The notes under the pieces were generated by a model that did no database searches, was not told where the DNA came from, and saw nothing but the letters and a program-made list of their open reading frames with translations. A stretch of 64,000 nucleotides of DNA, taken from assembly GCF_025526975.1 (NCBI RefSeq), contig NW_026515675.1:124001-188000 (forward strand). The letters are read 5' to 3'. A program made the position numbers and the translations under genes. This document shows positions 29,629 to 40,900 of the stretch, one piece after another (positions within the stretch are counted from its first letter, which is position 1; every line of letters begins with the position of its first letter). The stretch is from Fimicolochytrium jonesii (Eukaryota).

Positions 29629-30783
29629 ATGGTTTATGCACAACCAAAGAACGACACAGCAATGAACATTGAAATAGCCAAGAAACTTATCAACCGATAT
29701 GCCGATACCGTCCATCAAAAGAATGGAACGATAGGATTGGCTGCGAGTAGTCGAAAAACGTACCTCTCTGCCTGCAATTCACTTGAAGCGTACGGAATCC
29801 TTGATCCTAAAGTTCTATCATCTCCGACCGATGTCATGAATATCTTGACGAAAAAATACTCTACAGACAATGGAGCGAATTGTACAAAGGTGTTGTCCGC
29901 TATGTTCAAAATTATGACAAACGAGGAAAAAATAGGATTGTATGATTGGTTTTCGTCTAGCCTCTACGGTCAAACTGCAAAGAAACGATTCCTAGATGCG
30001 TGCACAATGGACAAACTTACGCATATTGACGAAATGGGAGGTTTCTATCTCAAGATCAATAGCGATCGTTGTAAAGAGATACAAGCCCGCGATCTCGTAA
30101 TGGATAAAGAATATGAAACGAAGCGCTTCATTGAAAAAGACCCTTTAATCAACGCTCTTTACGAGAAATTGGATCAACTTAAAGAAAAGGCCGTTAAAGA
30201 TCCATATAAGTATGGTTTGTTGCTTGCAGCGGCTTGTTTTGTTGGTTCAGATGTTATTCGAAGAGCAGACATTGGCGAAGCAAAGTTTATGGACATTTCC
30301 GAAGCGGATAATGTTACATTTAATACGGAAACCCATACCTTTCTGATAAAAATATGTAACAAGAATAAGGGGGACACCGATGTTCTTATTACGGTTATCG
30401 ATGACGTTGTCAAAAGGCACATTGATAATCTGGTTGATATTCGTAAGGCCAAAGGACAGAGTAAATTGTTTGAAAAAGCGCGAAACGCAGGTAAACCCTA
30501 TGAAGGCGGAGGTTTGGGAAGGGCTATGAAGATCGCTTGTAAACAACATATCGGAAAAGAACTTGGAGTCAATGAAATTCGAAAAATTGTAGTCATTGAC
30601 TCGATCAGATTGGATAACGGAGATCCTCGGGTCCAAAAAGAGTTTGCAAAAAAGCATGGTCATTCCTATGCAACACGACAAGTGTATTATAACCTTCACA
30701 GGGAGAACGAAGGCTCATCTAATGATGATGCGATGGATATCGACGATCTTAATGACGATTTAAATCTAGATGACAAGTTTTGA
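29629..30783 (+). CDS. Tyrosine recombinase (integrase/resolvase family)
   Basis: N-terminal SSRKTY; catalytic-like residues IRRADI (R), NKNK (K), NEIRK (xxxR), HGHS (H), QVYY (Y). Confidence 0.75.
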   Translation: MVYAQPKNDTAMNIEIAKKLINRYADTVHQKNGTIGLAASSRKTYLSACNSLEAYGILDPKVLSSPTDVMNILTKKYSTDNGANCTKVLSAMFKIMTNEEKIGLYDWFSSSLYGQTAKKRFLDACTMDKLTHIDEMGGFYLKINSDRCKEIQARDLVMDKEYETKRFIEKDPLINALYEKLDQLKEKAVKDPYKYGLLLAAACFVGSDVIRRADIGEAKFMDISEADNVTFNTETHTFLIKICNKNKGDTDVLITVIDDVVKRHIDNLVDIRKAKGQSKLFEKARNAGKPYEGGGLGRAMKIACKQHIGKELGVNEIRKIVVIDSIRLDNGDPRVQKEFAKKHGHSYATRQVYYNLHRENEGSSNDDAMDIDDLNDDLNLDDKF

Positions 30784-30790
30784 AAACCTA

Positions 30791-32030
30791 TTATCCATTT
30801 TGCTCTTCATACTCGGCTATGGCCTCCCGTGCATTTTCGAGATTCCCTTCATCTTCCCAAGTTGATTGGGACGCATCATAACCACTCCATAGAACCTTGT
30901 ACTGCTTTATCCTTCTGTTGCCTCTACGTACTACTCTTGAATCAAGTATTGAATCAATTTCGTATTCGTCGTTTTCATTTGGATCTGGCTGGGAAGCGAT
31001 GTTTGGTACGGTGACAGTTCCATCAGGAACCAAGCGAAGATCGTTAGCAGATGTTAAACCGGGAAGTCTTGTTCCATCCATTCGGTTTAATCTATACGAT
31101 GAAACATAACCTGCATAGTTACTTTGCACTTTCCCATCAATTCTATAAGTTTGTGACGAGAAATATCCCACCTTTGCAGCGCCTTTTGATACCACTCGGT
31201 AACGGTATTATCTTTCTTACAACATCTCCCACTTTAAATTCGTTCAAAACTGTTGATTTCTCTCCTTTCAATTTCTTGTTCCGTATGCGATCAAATATGG
31301 CTTCATGTTCATCTTGTAAGATTTCGTTTGAAGCCTTCCCTGTCGCATACGTTTTCGTGTTGTTTAAATTATCTATGAGTTTTTGAAGATAATTTGGCCA
31401 ATCCCGTTTTCCGAATCGGATCGAGGAATAGATCAGATTTTTTATATTTTTGTTAACGGATTCTATCTGTCCTTGTCCTTGCGGGACACCGGGTTGTCCG
31501 AACTTCCACTCCACGTTATTCGAGTCAGCCCACTCTTGCACCAGACCTTGAAATTCCGTACCTACATCGGATGTGAAACTTACTAATACAGCGCCATCCC
31601 GTTTCATTGTTTCTAGAAACTTGACAACAGTGGCTTGATCTTGTGTCTTCATTGCCATACTGTACACTTTTTTGGTGAGAATGTCTGAAGCGTTGACAGA
31701 ATACTTATATCCATTGTATGCTACGGACAGCAAGTTTATACAATCGATCTGGTAGTTTCCTTCTTTTCTGGCCAAAATCGGTTTTATCGAGCCTCGGGAT
31801 CCCATAACTTTTGTGCTCCTCTGCCAAATCTCTTGCTTCTTGAGAAAGTCGTTAAGAAGGGTTCTTTGCGAAATCCTACTATTTGGAAACGCTTTTCTAT
31901 ATGCATACCACAATTTGTCTCGTCCTAGAAAGTTTTGATTCTGATAATAAAACGTAGTGAGGTTCCGGAGATCCTCGGCAGTGATGGGGTCATATCGAAG
32001 AGAGGAGGTTCCTGTGTTGTCGGAGTCCAT
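30791..32030 (-). CDS. Retroviral-type (rve) DDE integrase with C-terminal chromodomain, Polinton type; +1 frameshift near 31185
   Basis: YQIDC (D), TSDVGTEF (D), QIESVNKNIK (E), FKVGDVVR; downstream frame continues YFSSQTYRI and ends in YEIDSILD..YKVLWSGY...TWEDEGNL. Confidence 0.9.
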
Positions 32031-32559
32031 CTTTGTTTATCAATTGACCACAAATTAATGTTGTGGCCAATTTTTGTCATTTTTGGGTGAAATTGATAAA
32101 ACACCTGGGCCTGTTTCTTGGGCTTGATGCAGTCAATTAAGAAGTCAAACTGTATAGGTAAAGCCCGAATCAACCTGAAAAAGCACAACCCAAATAGTAA
32201 AATGGCACTAATTGTTCAGGAGTTTGGTCGCGCGGAAGATGTCTTTGTTGCTTAACTTGCAGGAAAACAGTTTTACGTCATATTTAGGACGGAAATCTTG
32301 GAAACTTTCAAGCGGCCTTTTTTCTTCTTGGAGTTTTAACTGGAACCTGCTTGTCCAAATGCGACTGAACGATATTCACAACTATTTCTTCCTTACATTG
32401 CTGTAAAGTTCTCGTCCTTACGTCCTCCTGGCATGTCTAACCAAAGCCTATCCTGTGATAGGTCTTCAAGAAGTTTGTCAAAAGATTCTTTGGTCAGCGA
32501 ATTTGGCAAATAGAAAATGTTATCAACCATTCTATACTGTAAGTACACGAAATTTTTCT

Positions 32560-33294
32560 TTAATCCGTTTCTGGTTGCAATTCTTTAAAGACTCCTTCGT
32601 TTGTCGGGCTTTTCAAATCGACGTAGAGCGCATGATAAGGTTTGACAGTATATTTCTCTGCTAAATTTACAAACTCCGATTCTGACAAATGACAGCGAAT
32701 CTCACCCGCAATCTTCTCGTACTGTTTCTGATTAAGTCGATACAAAATCCAATGGGTGGAATTCACTCGTTGTAAAGGAGTGAGTTGTTTCGTGTCATGC
32801 AGGCTGCATAAAAGACTCCCCCCTGCGTGTCGAAAGCGGGAGTACAATAAGTCTAACATCTGTCTTATACCGCTCGATACGAGTTCGGGTTCTTTAGGTT
32901 CCTTTCCAATTGCGGGGCCGTTTTCTTTTGCAAGGATACCAAAATCATCCAGAATTAACAGCATATGATTTTTGCATTTATCTCCTTTGTAAAGACTTTT
33001 CTGCTTCTCGAAAAGGTTGTTGAGTATGTGATTCGATACTATGCTGGACATGTACACGTTATCGCATTTCTTCAAACTTGTCCATTCCGGACTATCCGCG
33101 CTTGGACTGAAAACCACCACCGTTTCATACGCTTTTGCACAATTCTGGATGAGATTGGTAATACAGGTAGTTTTCCCTGCTCTTGAACTCCCGACTAGAG
33201 TCAAAGTGAAGAATTTCTTCGGATAGTCATCGGGCGTCTTGTCCTTTATGTGTATCTGATATTCAGACGGAATTTTTGGTTTAGCAATTCTCAT
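32560..33294 (-). CDS. A32/FtsK-HerA-like genome packaging ATPase
   Basis: Walker A GSSRAGKT, Walker B LLILDD, SRFRH arginine motif; next to capsid genes. Confidence 0.88.
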   Translation of the reverse strand: MRIAKPKIPSEYQIHIKDKTPDDYPKKFFTLTLVGSSRAGKTTCITNLIQNCAKAYETVVVFSPSADSPEWTSLKKCDNVYMSSIVSNHILNNLFEKQKSLYKGDKCKNHMLLILDDFGILAKENGPAIGKEPKEPELVSSGIRQMLDLLYSRFRHAGGSLLCSLHDTKQLTPLQRVNSTHWILYRLNQKQYEKIAGEIRCHLSESEFVNLAEKYTVKPYHALYVDLKSPTNEGVFKELQPETD

Positions 33295-33349
33295 ATTTAG
33301 CGCACTCGTAAAATTAATCTCTTTACATTATACAAAAGATAAGAAATCG

Positions 33350-34099
33350 ATGTTTCGAGAGATTATCCTCAATTCTGGTACGTTACCAGATATGAATAAT
33401 TGTACATTTCGTCTTCAAAATACAGTCCCGTGCTATGCATGGAGACTCATTTCGGTATCTCTACTGCAGTCATGGAGTGCGACATCCGATTTTAACAACG
33501 CGGTTGTTTTTGCCGAGTCAGGATCTACGACTTTAAGAAAAGCGACTTTGCCCGAAGGGACCTATGACTCGACAAACATTTTGAGTGCTCTTGGAAGCGC
33601 AATGACTGCAGCGGGGTCGCAACCGTACAGTGTGTCTTACGATGGAGTGACTCGAAGACTAACTGTTTCAACCTCTGGAAGTAAACCTTTCAAGATTCTT
33701 GGAGGATCCCGTGGTTCAAGCGCTTTTCTGCAACTTGGTATCGATAAGGTGAATGAAACCGGATATGGATCAAGTATAACATTTCCAAACACACTCAATC
33801 TATCAGCGTCACAACCAATCCTAATAACTTCAAGGACTCTACAGACAAATGGAGCGATTCTTTATCCGGCTGGTATTGACTCGGACATCAATTGTTTAGC
33901 AGCGATAAATCCTGATTCGTATGGAGATATCTTGACATGGGTCAACCCGAGTGACAACTTTCATCGAGCCGAAGATCTAACACTCAATCAAATTGACTTC
34001 CAGATTGTCGATAGCGCATCGTTGCAAGTTGTGAAAACATCCGCTCCAATAACAATCCATCTGGGAATTTTAGACGACCCTAGTGATCTCGTTGTATAA
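33350..34099 (+). CDS. Putative minor capsid (penton) protein
   Basis: IILNS...NNCTFRL, NN..F.E...TLPEGTY...L.SAL..AM pattern typical of PLV minor capsid; beta-rich; between ATPase and MCP. Confidence 0.7.
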   Translation: MFREIILNSGTLPDMNNCTFRLQNTVPCYAWRLISVSLLQSWSATSDFNNAVVFAESGSTTLRKATLPEGTYDSTNILSALGSAMTAAGSQPYSVSYDGVTRRLTVSTSGSKPFKILGGSRGSSAFLQLGIDKVNETGYGSSITFPNTLNLSASQPILITSRTLQTNGAILYPAGIDSDINCLAAINPDSYGDILTWVNPSDNFHRAEDLTLNQIDFQIVDSASLQVVKTSAPITIHLGILDDPSDLVV

Positions 34100-34140
34100 C
34101 GAATTTTTTTTCTCTTCTGTACAGTAAAACATTGAACAAA

Positions 34141-34611
34141 ATGTCAGAAAACGAAAGCGCATCTACTGAAAACCTTTCTGTACAGGAAGAAAAACCAATT
34201 GTTGACGACCCGATCACCGAGGCTGTTATTGAAAAGGTGAAGGTCAAAAAACCGCGATCTGAAAAGCAGATCGAAGCAATGCGTCGAGCGCAAGAGAAAC
34301 GTACCGAGAACTTGAAGAAGATGAAGGAACTCAAAGAGAAAGCAGATAAACAGCAGGAAAAGGAGCAAGAGAAAAGGGCAAAAGAATCTAAAAAAGACGA
34401 AGCAAGAAAGATAATTGAGAAATATGAAGCGGAAAAAAGGAAAATTGCTGAACAAAAGCGACAAGAGCGTATAGCGAAAATCAATTGAATGCCGAAAGCG
34501 CTTCAACCTGCTGCGTACAAAGACGACTCTGTGGAGGAAAACACGTTTGTAGAATTCGATCCTCCCGAAGCAGATGATGATCCGTATATGGGAATCTTTG
34601 GCGGACGTTGA
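34141..34611 (+). CDS. Lys/Glu-rich coiled-coil viral protein; in-frame TGA at 34486 followed by 40 more codons
   Basis: KKPRSEKQIEAMRRAQEKR; same frame resumes MPKALQ...DDDPYMGIFGGR*. Confidence 0.55.
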
Positions 34612-34666
34612 TGGACGTTGATTATTTTTTTCTTAGAGATATGTTAAACCATTATAACTTAAAATA

Positions 34667-35890
34667 ATGTCAACAAATCCCGTTGTTCCTTCAAACTGGA
34701 TCTATAGTAGCAGACAATTTTCGATGCATTCAGACGCTCTCAGCGAAAATATTGCCATTTATCGCCCAATCAAGGAGACGTTTAGTTCAAAATCACCTGG
34801 AAATGCTATAAAAATCGTAGTTGATTCCAATAGTTCCTTTTTGAGACCTCAACGTTCGTATCTATCGGGAACAATTACTGTGAAAAATGCGGATGGAAGC
34901 CCCGTCACGGATGCGCAGATTTCTCAAATCGGTGCAATGGCTTGCTTCCGAACGATGGGCGTAAAATTTGGTGGAAAATCAGTGGATGAGATTGAAGATG
35001 TACCAAGTTTTGTTGCAGACACTCTCCAGTTTGTGGAGGCTGAGAAACGAAAATACCTAAAATATAACGAAGGTGCAGGTAACCCGGATGCTTTCAAAAA
35101 TCCGAACGGAACTTTCACATTCAAACACCATTTGTTGCTCGGGTCCATGAGGCCGTTAAACGGAAACCCGATTCCACTAGCGATTTTGCCAAATCAATCG
35201 GTGGAATTGACATTTACTTTAAACACACCGCAGCAATCCTTTATCAATGTTGGTTCCGGAGTGTACTTTGAAGTTTCAAATTTGAGGTACATCGCACAAC
35301 TTGTAACACCGAGTGCCGCTTATATGTCCGCATTGTGGTCAGGGATTCGAGCAGGTAAGTATCTGGAAATGGATGTCGTTTCAGTTTCGCAGTTGTCCAA
35401 TGTATGTAGTGGCGCTTCTCAGAACAACTTCATCCTCCCACTCACAAACGGCCGGATTGTCGGATTAACACATAGGTTTAGAGACGATAATAAATACGCC
35501 ACCACATCAGGAGACAAATCTCTGATTTATGATACAGCCAACTTGAAGTCATGGAGATACCAGATAGGCCAATATAGATTACCGCTCACAGAAGACTTCG
35601 AGGCAAGCGATGCCATTATGATAGGAAACCTCTCCATGAACGACAACACATCATACGCCTCTGAAGACCTGGACATTGATAACTTTTACAACAAACAGTT
35701 CGTAATGCGTTATTCGTGGCAAAGCGCAGATGAAGATTCCAGTAGCGCTTTGAACCTACTCGGAGGCTCTGGAAACGTACATCTAATCACAAATCACAGT
35801 CTCCCGGCCCCGAGTACCAGTGTTTCATTGCAAACAACCGTCTATGCACAACGCACCATCCTTGTTGGGGCAACCGTCGATATCGTATAA
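34667..35890 (+). CDS. Putative double-jelly-roll major capsid protein
   Basis: 407 aa, beta-strand-rich; N-terminal P..ETF...IKIVV...FLRPQRSYLSGTI pattern of PLV MCPs; morphogenetic gene context. Confidence 0.75.
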   Translation: MSTNPVVPSNWIYSSRQFSMHSDALSENIAIYRPIKETFSSKSPGNAIKIVVDSNSSFLRPQRSYLSGTITVKNADGSPVTDAQISQIGAMACFRTMGVKFGGKSVDEIEDVPSFVADTLQFVEAEKRKYLKYNEGAGNPDAFKNPNGTFTFKHHLLLGSMRPLNGNPIPLAILPNQSVELTFTLNTPQQSFINVGSGVYFEVSNLRYIAQLVTPSAAYMSALWSGIRAGKYLEMDVVSVSQLSNVCSGASQNNFILPLTNGRIVGLTHRFRDDNKYATTSGDKSLIYDTANLKSWRYQIGQYRLPLTEDFEASDAIMIGNLSMNDNTSYASEDLDIDNFYNKQFVMRYSWQSADEDSSSALNLLGGSGNVHLITNHSLPAPSTSVSLQTTVYAQRTILVGATVDIV

Positions 35891-35918
35891 AAATCTTCTA
35901 ATCATATAGTAGAAACCA

Positions 35919-36056
35919 ATGCCGAGAAAACAAAAGGTTTTGAAACCAGTTCGCATCCCTGCTAGAACTAAATCGGGAAAACCTAAAAAAGGTGTAATAC
36001 CTCCACAACTGCTTCCATTTATCCTTGCTCGACGAGCCGGGAAGAAGATCGTTTGA
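35919..36056 (+). CDS. Small basic protein (45 aa), candidate DNA-condensing core protein; below ORF-track cutoff
   Basis: MPRKQKVLKPVRIPARTKSGKPKKGVIPPQLLPFILARRAGKKIV*, 28 nt after the MCP stop. Confidence 0.5.
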   Translation: MPRKQKVLKPVRIPARTKSGKPKKGVIPPQLLPFILARRAGKKIV

Positions 36057-36142
36057 AACTTATGCGCTTTTGTACATTTCAGAATCCTATGATTCTCAAA
36101 TATTACAATTATAACCTTCTATACAATTATGATCTTTTTATC

Positions 36143-37607
36143 TTATACCTTTCGTGCCCGTTTTGAAGATTGTTCCCAGCCGTGTTCATAAGATAATCTC
36201 TTGGGAGGTAAAGATGTTCGTGTACTTTTGTTTTTCCTTATTGGCGCAATGGGTGTATTTTCTGGAGCCCTCACTGCTGGGGAATCGGTGAAGATGTCTC
36301 TCTGTGTTGGTGTTGCAGAATCCTCATTTTGGGAAAGAACTTGAGTAATCGGTTCGGCGGTAACAAACTGTTCAATTGGTGTGGAGAGATCCATAGGGGA
36401 TCCTACCGTTCCAGTTGAAAGGGTAGATTTTGGACTCCTATTCGGGAAAATGTCGCTTTGAGTGACTGCTGAACTGGCAGATGGATAACTTATTGTTGGT
36501 GAGAAATTCGTAATTATGGGTGGTGGGCGTTGTCTAGCAACCCGCGGCACATCTCCAAGAGAATATTGTGTCCCTACATCTTTGCTTTCTGTAATCTTTT
36601 CCTTTCTTAAAGTTTCTATCAATCTTTGCATCGCTCCTACTTCACTTAATGCGATAGGTGTGACGCTTTGCACTTGGCTGAGGAGTCGTTCCATCTCGTC
36701 CGGAGTCATTGTCGAAGGAACATTTTTAAAACCTACCGATTCTAACATTCTTCTGAACGTAGACATTGTGGCTGTTGTCATTCTTCCAAGTTGCTCCTCT
36801 TGAGATCGGAGTTGTGTTTGCAAGGTTTGATTCGCGTGAGTTACTCCATCCATAAAATGTTGAAATTTTCCTCCAGACGAGAAAATAAGATCTAACGTAT
36901 CGCTGTCTAGATCCGGTGTTGTACTCTGCGTTTCGACTGTTCTAAGATCTCGAACCCGATGGAGAGGAATATCTGTCTGTGTGCGGCTATTTGACATGCT
37001 TATCTTTTCAGCAGAACCGATTCGACCAATTTCGTCCGTCATTGTTTCACGATCGTTCATTTTTGTTACCACCTTGTTGTTACCAAGTATTGTATTTGCT
37101 TCGCTCATGTTTGCTTTTTCCGGAAGGTGATCATCACCGGTTCGTTGCACATTGGATGATGCATCTCCAATGAATTGATTCTGTTGAGCGCGAATGTAAT
37201 TCGGCTGATGATAAATTGTATCGCCTTTCGACGCTGTGGTTTTGGTCAAAGAAACCGTTCGACCTTGTCGAGGGAAAAGATTGTCTTTATCCAGTTCATC
37301 AAAGTATGCTTGTCTTGCACGTTCCTTATCGATAGCATGGAGCGCTTCCACAGCCTGTTTTCCAATCTGAGACTGGTACTCTCCTTCACGGAGTTTGAGC
37401 GGTTGATCTACAGTCTTTTTTTATAGAGAATGCATCCGATATTTTCCCTTTGCCTGGAACGAAGAAGGGAGTTTTGAATAAACGGTCAAAGGTCTCTTCC
37501 GGCTTTCCCTGTATGTAACCGAACTGATTTGAATGGATATTCAACACTGGAGGGGAGGGAAAAGTATTGTTTGGCAATCGAGCAAACTTGTCGTCAAGAA
37601 CCAACAT
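36143..37607 (-). CDS. Hypothetical Ser/Thr/Pro-rich viral protein; two ORFs joined by removing one A from an A7 run at about 37416-37422
   Basis: 37386-37607 and 36143-37351 become one frame (…SIKKTVDQPLKLREGEY…VEALHAID…). Confidence 0.55.
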
Positions 37608-37655
37608 AGAATGGAATATATATTCTTTGATACATGTTAAGAAAAAGAATATTCA

Positions 37656-37952
37656 ATGGGATTCTTTCAAAAAGCGAGAGGAAAAGCGCGCACATTTTTT
37701 AACGAACTGCCACAAAATATCGGAAAGGCGAGGAATTTTCTAGACAAAGCGGTTTCCGTTACTCGAAAGGGATATGCGATAGCAAGCCATGTAAACAAAG
37801 GGATTCAAGAGAATGATGTCTTCCACGATAAAATCAAGGAAACTGCGCGAAAAGGGCAACAGTTTGCAGATCTGGGAATAAAGAGGGTTGAAGATTTCCA
37901 TAAAGGCGGTGATCAATTCTTAGAACATTTACAGCAAACTCCAATCGGATAA
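37656..37952 (+). CDS. Small amphipathic basic protein, candidate membrane-penetration virion protein
   Basis: MGFFQKARGKARTFFNELPQNIGKARNFLDKAV periodic hydrophobic/basic pattern. Confidence 0.5.
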   Translation: MGFFQKARGKARTFFNELPQNIGKARNFLDKAVSVTRKGYAIASHVNKGIQENDVFHDKIKETARKGQQFADLGIKRVEDFHKGGDQFLEHLQQTPIG

Positions 37953-37972
37953 TTTTCTTTAACAATTAGTAA

Positions 37973-40900
37973 ATGAGCGGTCTAAATTCCCGAACCTCAA
38001 GCGGAATCAGAGTGCTTGAACGAACAAATCTCGTTTCTCCTTTAGTGACCAATAGTCTTCGTGCTAATGGAGAGAACGTATCAATTGATAATTTTCATTC
38101 AGCAGGCTTTCAAAAGGTATCTAACGAAAATGGACCGATCCTTGTGAATGACATCGTTGAGAGCGAAGATGCGATTATTCACAAAACCGAAGGAGTGGCT
38201 TCAATTGAAGTAGTCCATGACAATATGGAATTTCCCCTCCAAAGGGATGACGAAAGCCGAACTATTTCCCTTTCAACAAACCTGCCTCTCGGAGTCAATG
38301 AAAACGGTCTCAATTTGTTCCACGATCAGACCCTTTCAGTAGGCGATGAAGGTTTGACTGTAAATTTTCCCCCGCCTGAACTGGAAAATCTTCAAGAACC
38401 CTTGTCAAGAGACGATGAAGGACTTAAATTGAATTTTGATGATTCATTAGAGGTCAATAATGGTAAATTGACAGTTGTGAAAGAATCTTTGATCAGTCCT
38501 TTGACGCGTAACGTACAAGGAATCTCTTTGGATATTGACTCCACATTGACAGTTGAAAACGGTCAGTTGTCAGTTGTTCCAGAGAACATTGAAGCGATTG
38601 TTGACGAGGCTGTTCGAGTAGAAGTTCCGCTTTCGAAAGATGCAGATAAGGCCATCCGCCTCGATTATGGGAAAGGTTTAAAACTTGAAGACAATAAATT
38701 AGAAACCGACGTTGATACAGTGATTGTTGGACGAGGGGCTATTTCGAATGATAAAGCAGGAAGTCTTGCACTCGATGACCTTCTAGAGACCGGTTTCGAT
38801 TCTCTAGCGGACTTTCTGGGATCAGATACGGATGTTGATACAACTGTTGTGCGTTTGAAGACGACTGATGATTTCCAACAAACAGGAGGAAAACTGGCTA
38901 TCCGCTCGAAGGGTATGGGGCAAGTACCATTCTATTCTGCATTATCGGGGTTGAATGGAGACAGTAGTTTTACGTATAATGAAACACTCAATGAATTACA
39001 TGTGCCACACGTTTATATAAACACTGACTTCGACCCTGATAATAACCAAGTACCTTCAACTGCGTATGTAGAACAGTTGTACCAAGCGGGTTCTGGTATA
39101 GACATCTCTGGCGTGAGTAACGGAAGGCGTATTGTTGACGTGAGAACGGACGCAAGTTTAGCAGTGGACAGTAATCAAAATCTCTATGTGAATCCATCCG
39201 CTATCGTAAACGGCTCATCAGTCAGGGTCGTTGATGGAAAGATTGCCTCGGGGTTGAATTTCCAGAGCCAAAATGGATTGAAACTGAGGGAAGGAACAAA
39301 TAACGATGTACAACTTGCACTCGATGTTGGACCCGGGTTGGAAAAGGTGGGACTGAACAAAGTCAATTTGAATATCACGAGTAAGAATGCGCAAATTCTT
39401 GTCGATAATGAGACGGGAGGCATTGAAGGTAATATCGAAGTAAAGGCGGATTCCGGACTTCTGATGAATGAAAATGTACTGGATATAGACAAAGCCGCTC
39501 TGGTTGATGGAGACACAATTACTGTGAACAACGGGAAATTGACCGGAACGAATTACCATTTCGGTAACGGTTTTCATACAGACTCACAGATCGGTTCGGC
39601 GACGGTCAATCTAGATCTCAAAACGGATGAAGATTTATCTTGGAATCAATCCACCGCTACCATCTCTTCTAAAATTACAGCAGATGGCTCCACAATTGTC
39701 AAGCAAGGCTCCACGCTGAAAGGTAATTACCAGGCTGGACAGAACATCAGTATCACAGGAAATACGATTTCTGCAAACATTCCGGATGTCAAAGTGTCTT
39801 CTGGTAGCGGCGTGACTGTTTCTGGAAGTTCAAAGAGCGGCTATGTAATCAGCGCTCAAGGTACTGAGATCAGTGGTGGTGAAGGCATTATCTGTGTTGG
39901 AAGCCCATTAACAGGTTATACTATTTCATCTATCCAGCCATACAAAAAGAAAAAGGAAGACGATGACCCGGAAGAGAAAAATGAGGACTCGGAGCCATCT
40001 GGTGAATCGGACCCATTGACTGCTTCATCTGCCCCAAGTACAGTATCACTTGTTGGACCCCTTGGGGCGGCTCTTGGGGCAGCAAGTTCTCTTATCGGTG
40101 CTGCACCCGCGGCTGGAGCGGTGGCTTCTGCCAGTTCGGCATTTGGTGCTATCGGAGCACTTGCTGGAGCGGCAGGTGGAGTGGCGGTTCTCGGGGGTCT
40201 GCTTCAAGAGTCAGGCAGACGCAGGCAAAACAAGACGAATTCGGACGGAACGAATATTATCGGGGCAGACGGGAACCCGGTTTTGGTAGACGGTAGTGAG
40301 GTTATCATAGCAACTTTTCCAAAAATCAACGACACGGATTGTGATGTGACCCGATTGATGTTTGATAAACCCCCTCCATGTTCGTGGAGAGGTGTGGCAA
40401 AAGAGTTCGGTCAACAAAGTGTTAATTTGGATATTCTAAATGAATGGAATGATGAAATCAATGCTCCAGCGTATATGTCAGTAATCGCAAACAATACTAG
40501 TCTGCTTCAGACAGCACTCGACACCAAGTTTAATAAAACTGGAATTCTGCCTTACTCTCAACTCTCGAATACTCCTGACTTGTCTGTTTACCAAAAGATC
40601 CTTTCTGCTACAAGTCCTTTATCGATTGCGAATTCTGTAATTTCTCTCAACAGTAACCTGATTACGAGTCTTGGGACACTCACATCTCTTAACGTAACAG
40701 GCGCTTTGACCGCCGGCTCGATAAGCAGTCCGACTCTGAACAATTATCTGTTATCCAGTGTTGCTTCAACAACTTATCAACCTTTGAATGCGCGTCTTAC
40801 AAATTTTGGGAACATTGCGCCAACAAACACGTACATGCTTATCGCAAGCGGAGGCAATTTCATTCAATATAGTCCTGCAGATGTTCGTGCGAATCTCTCA

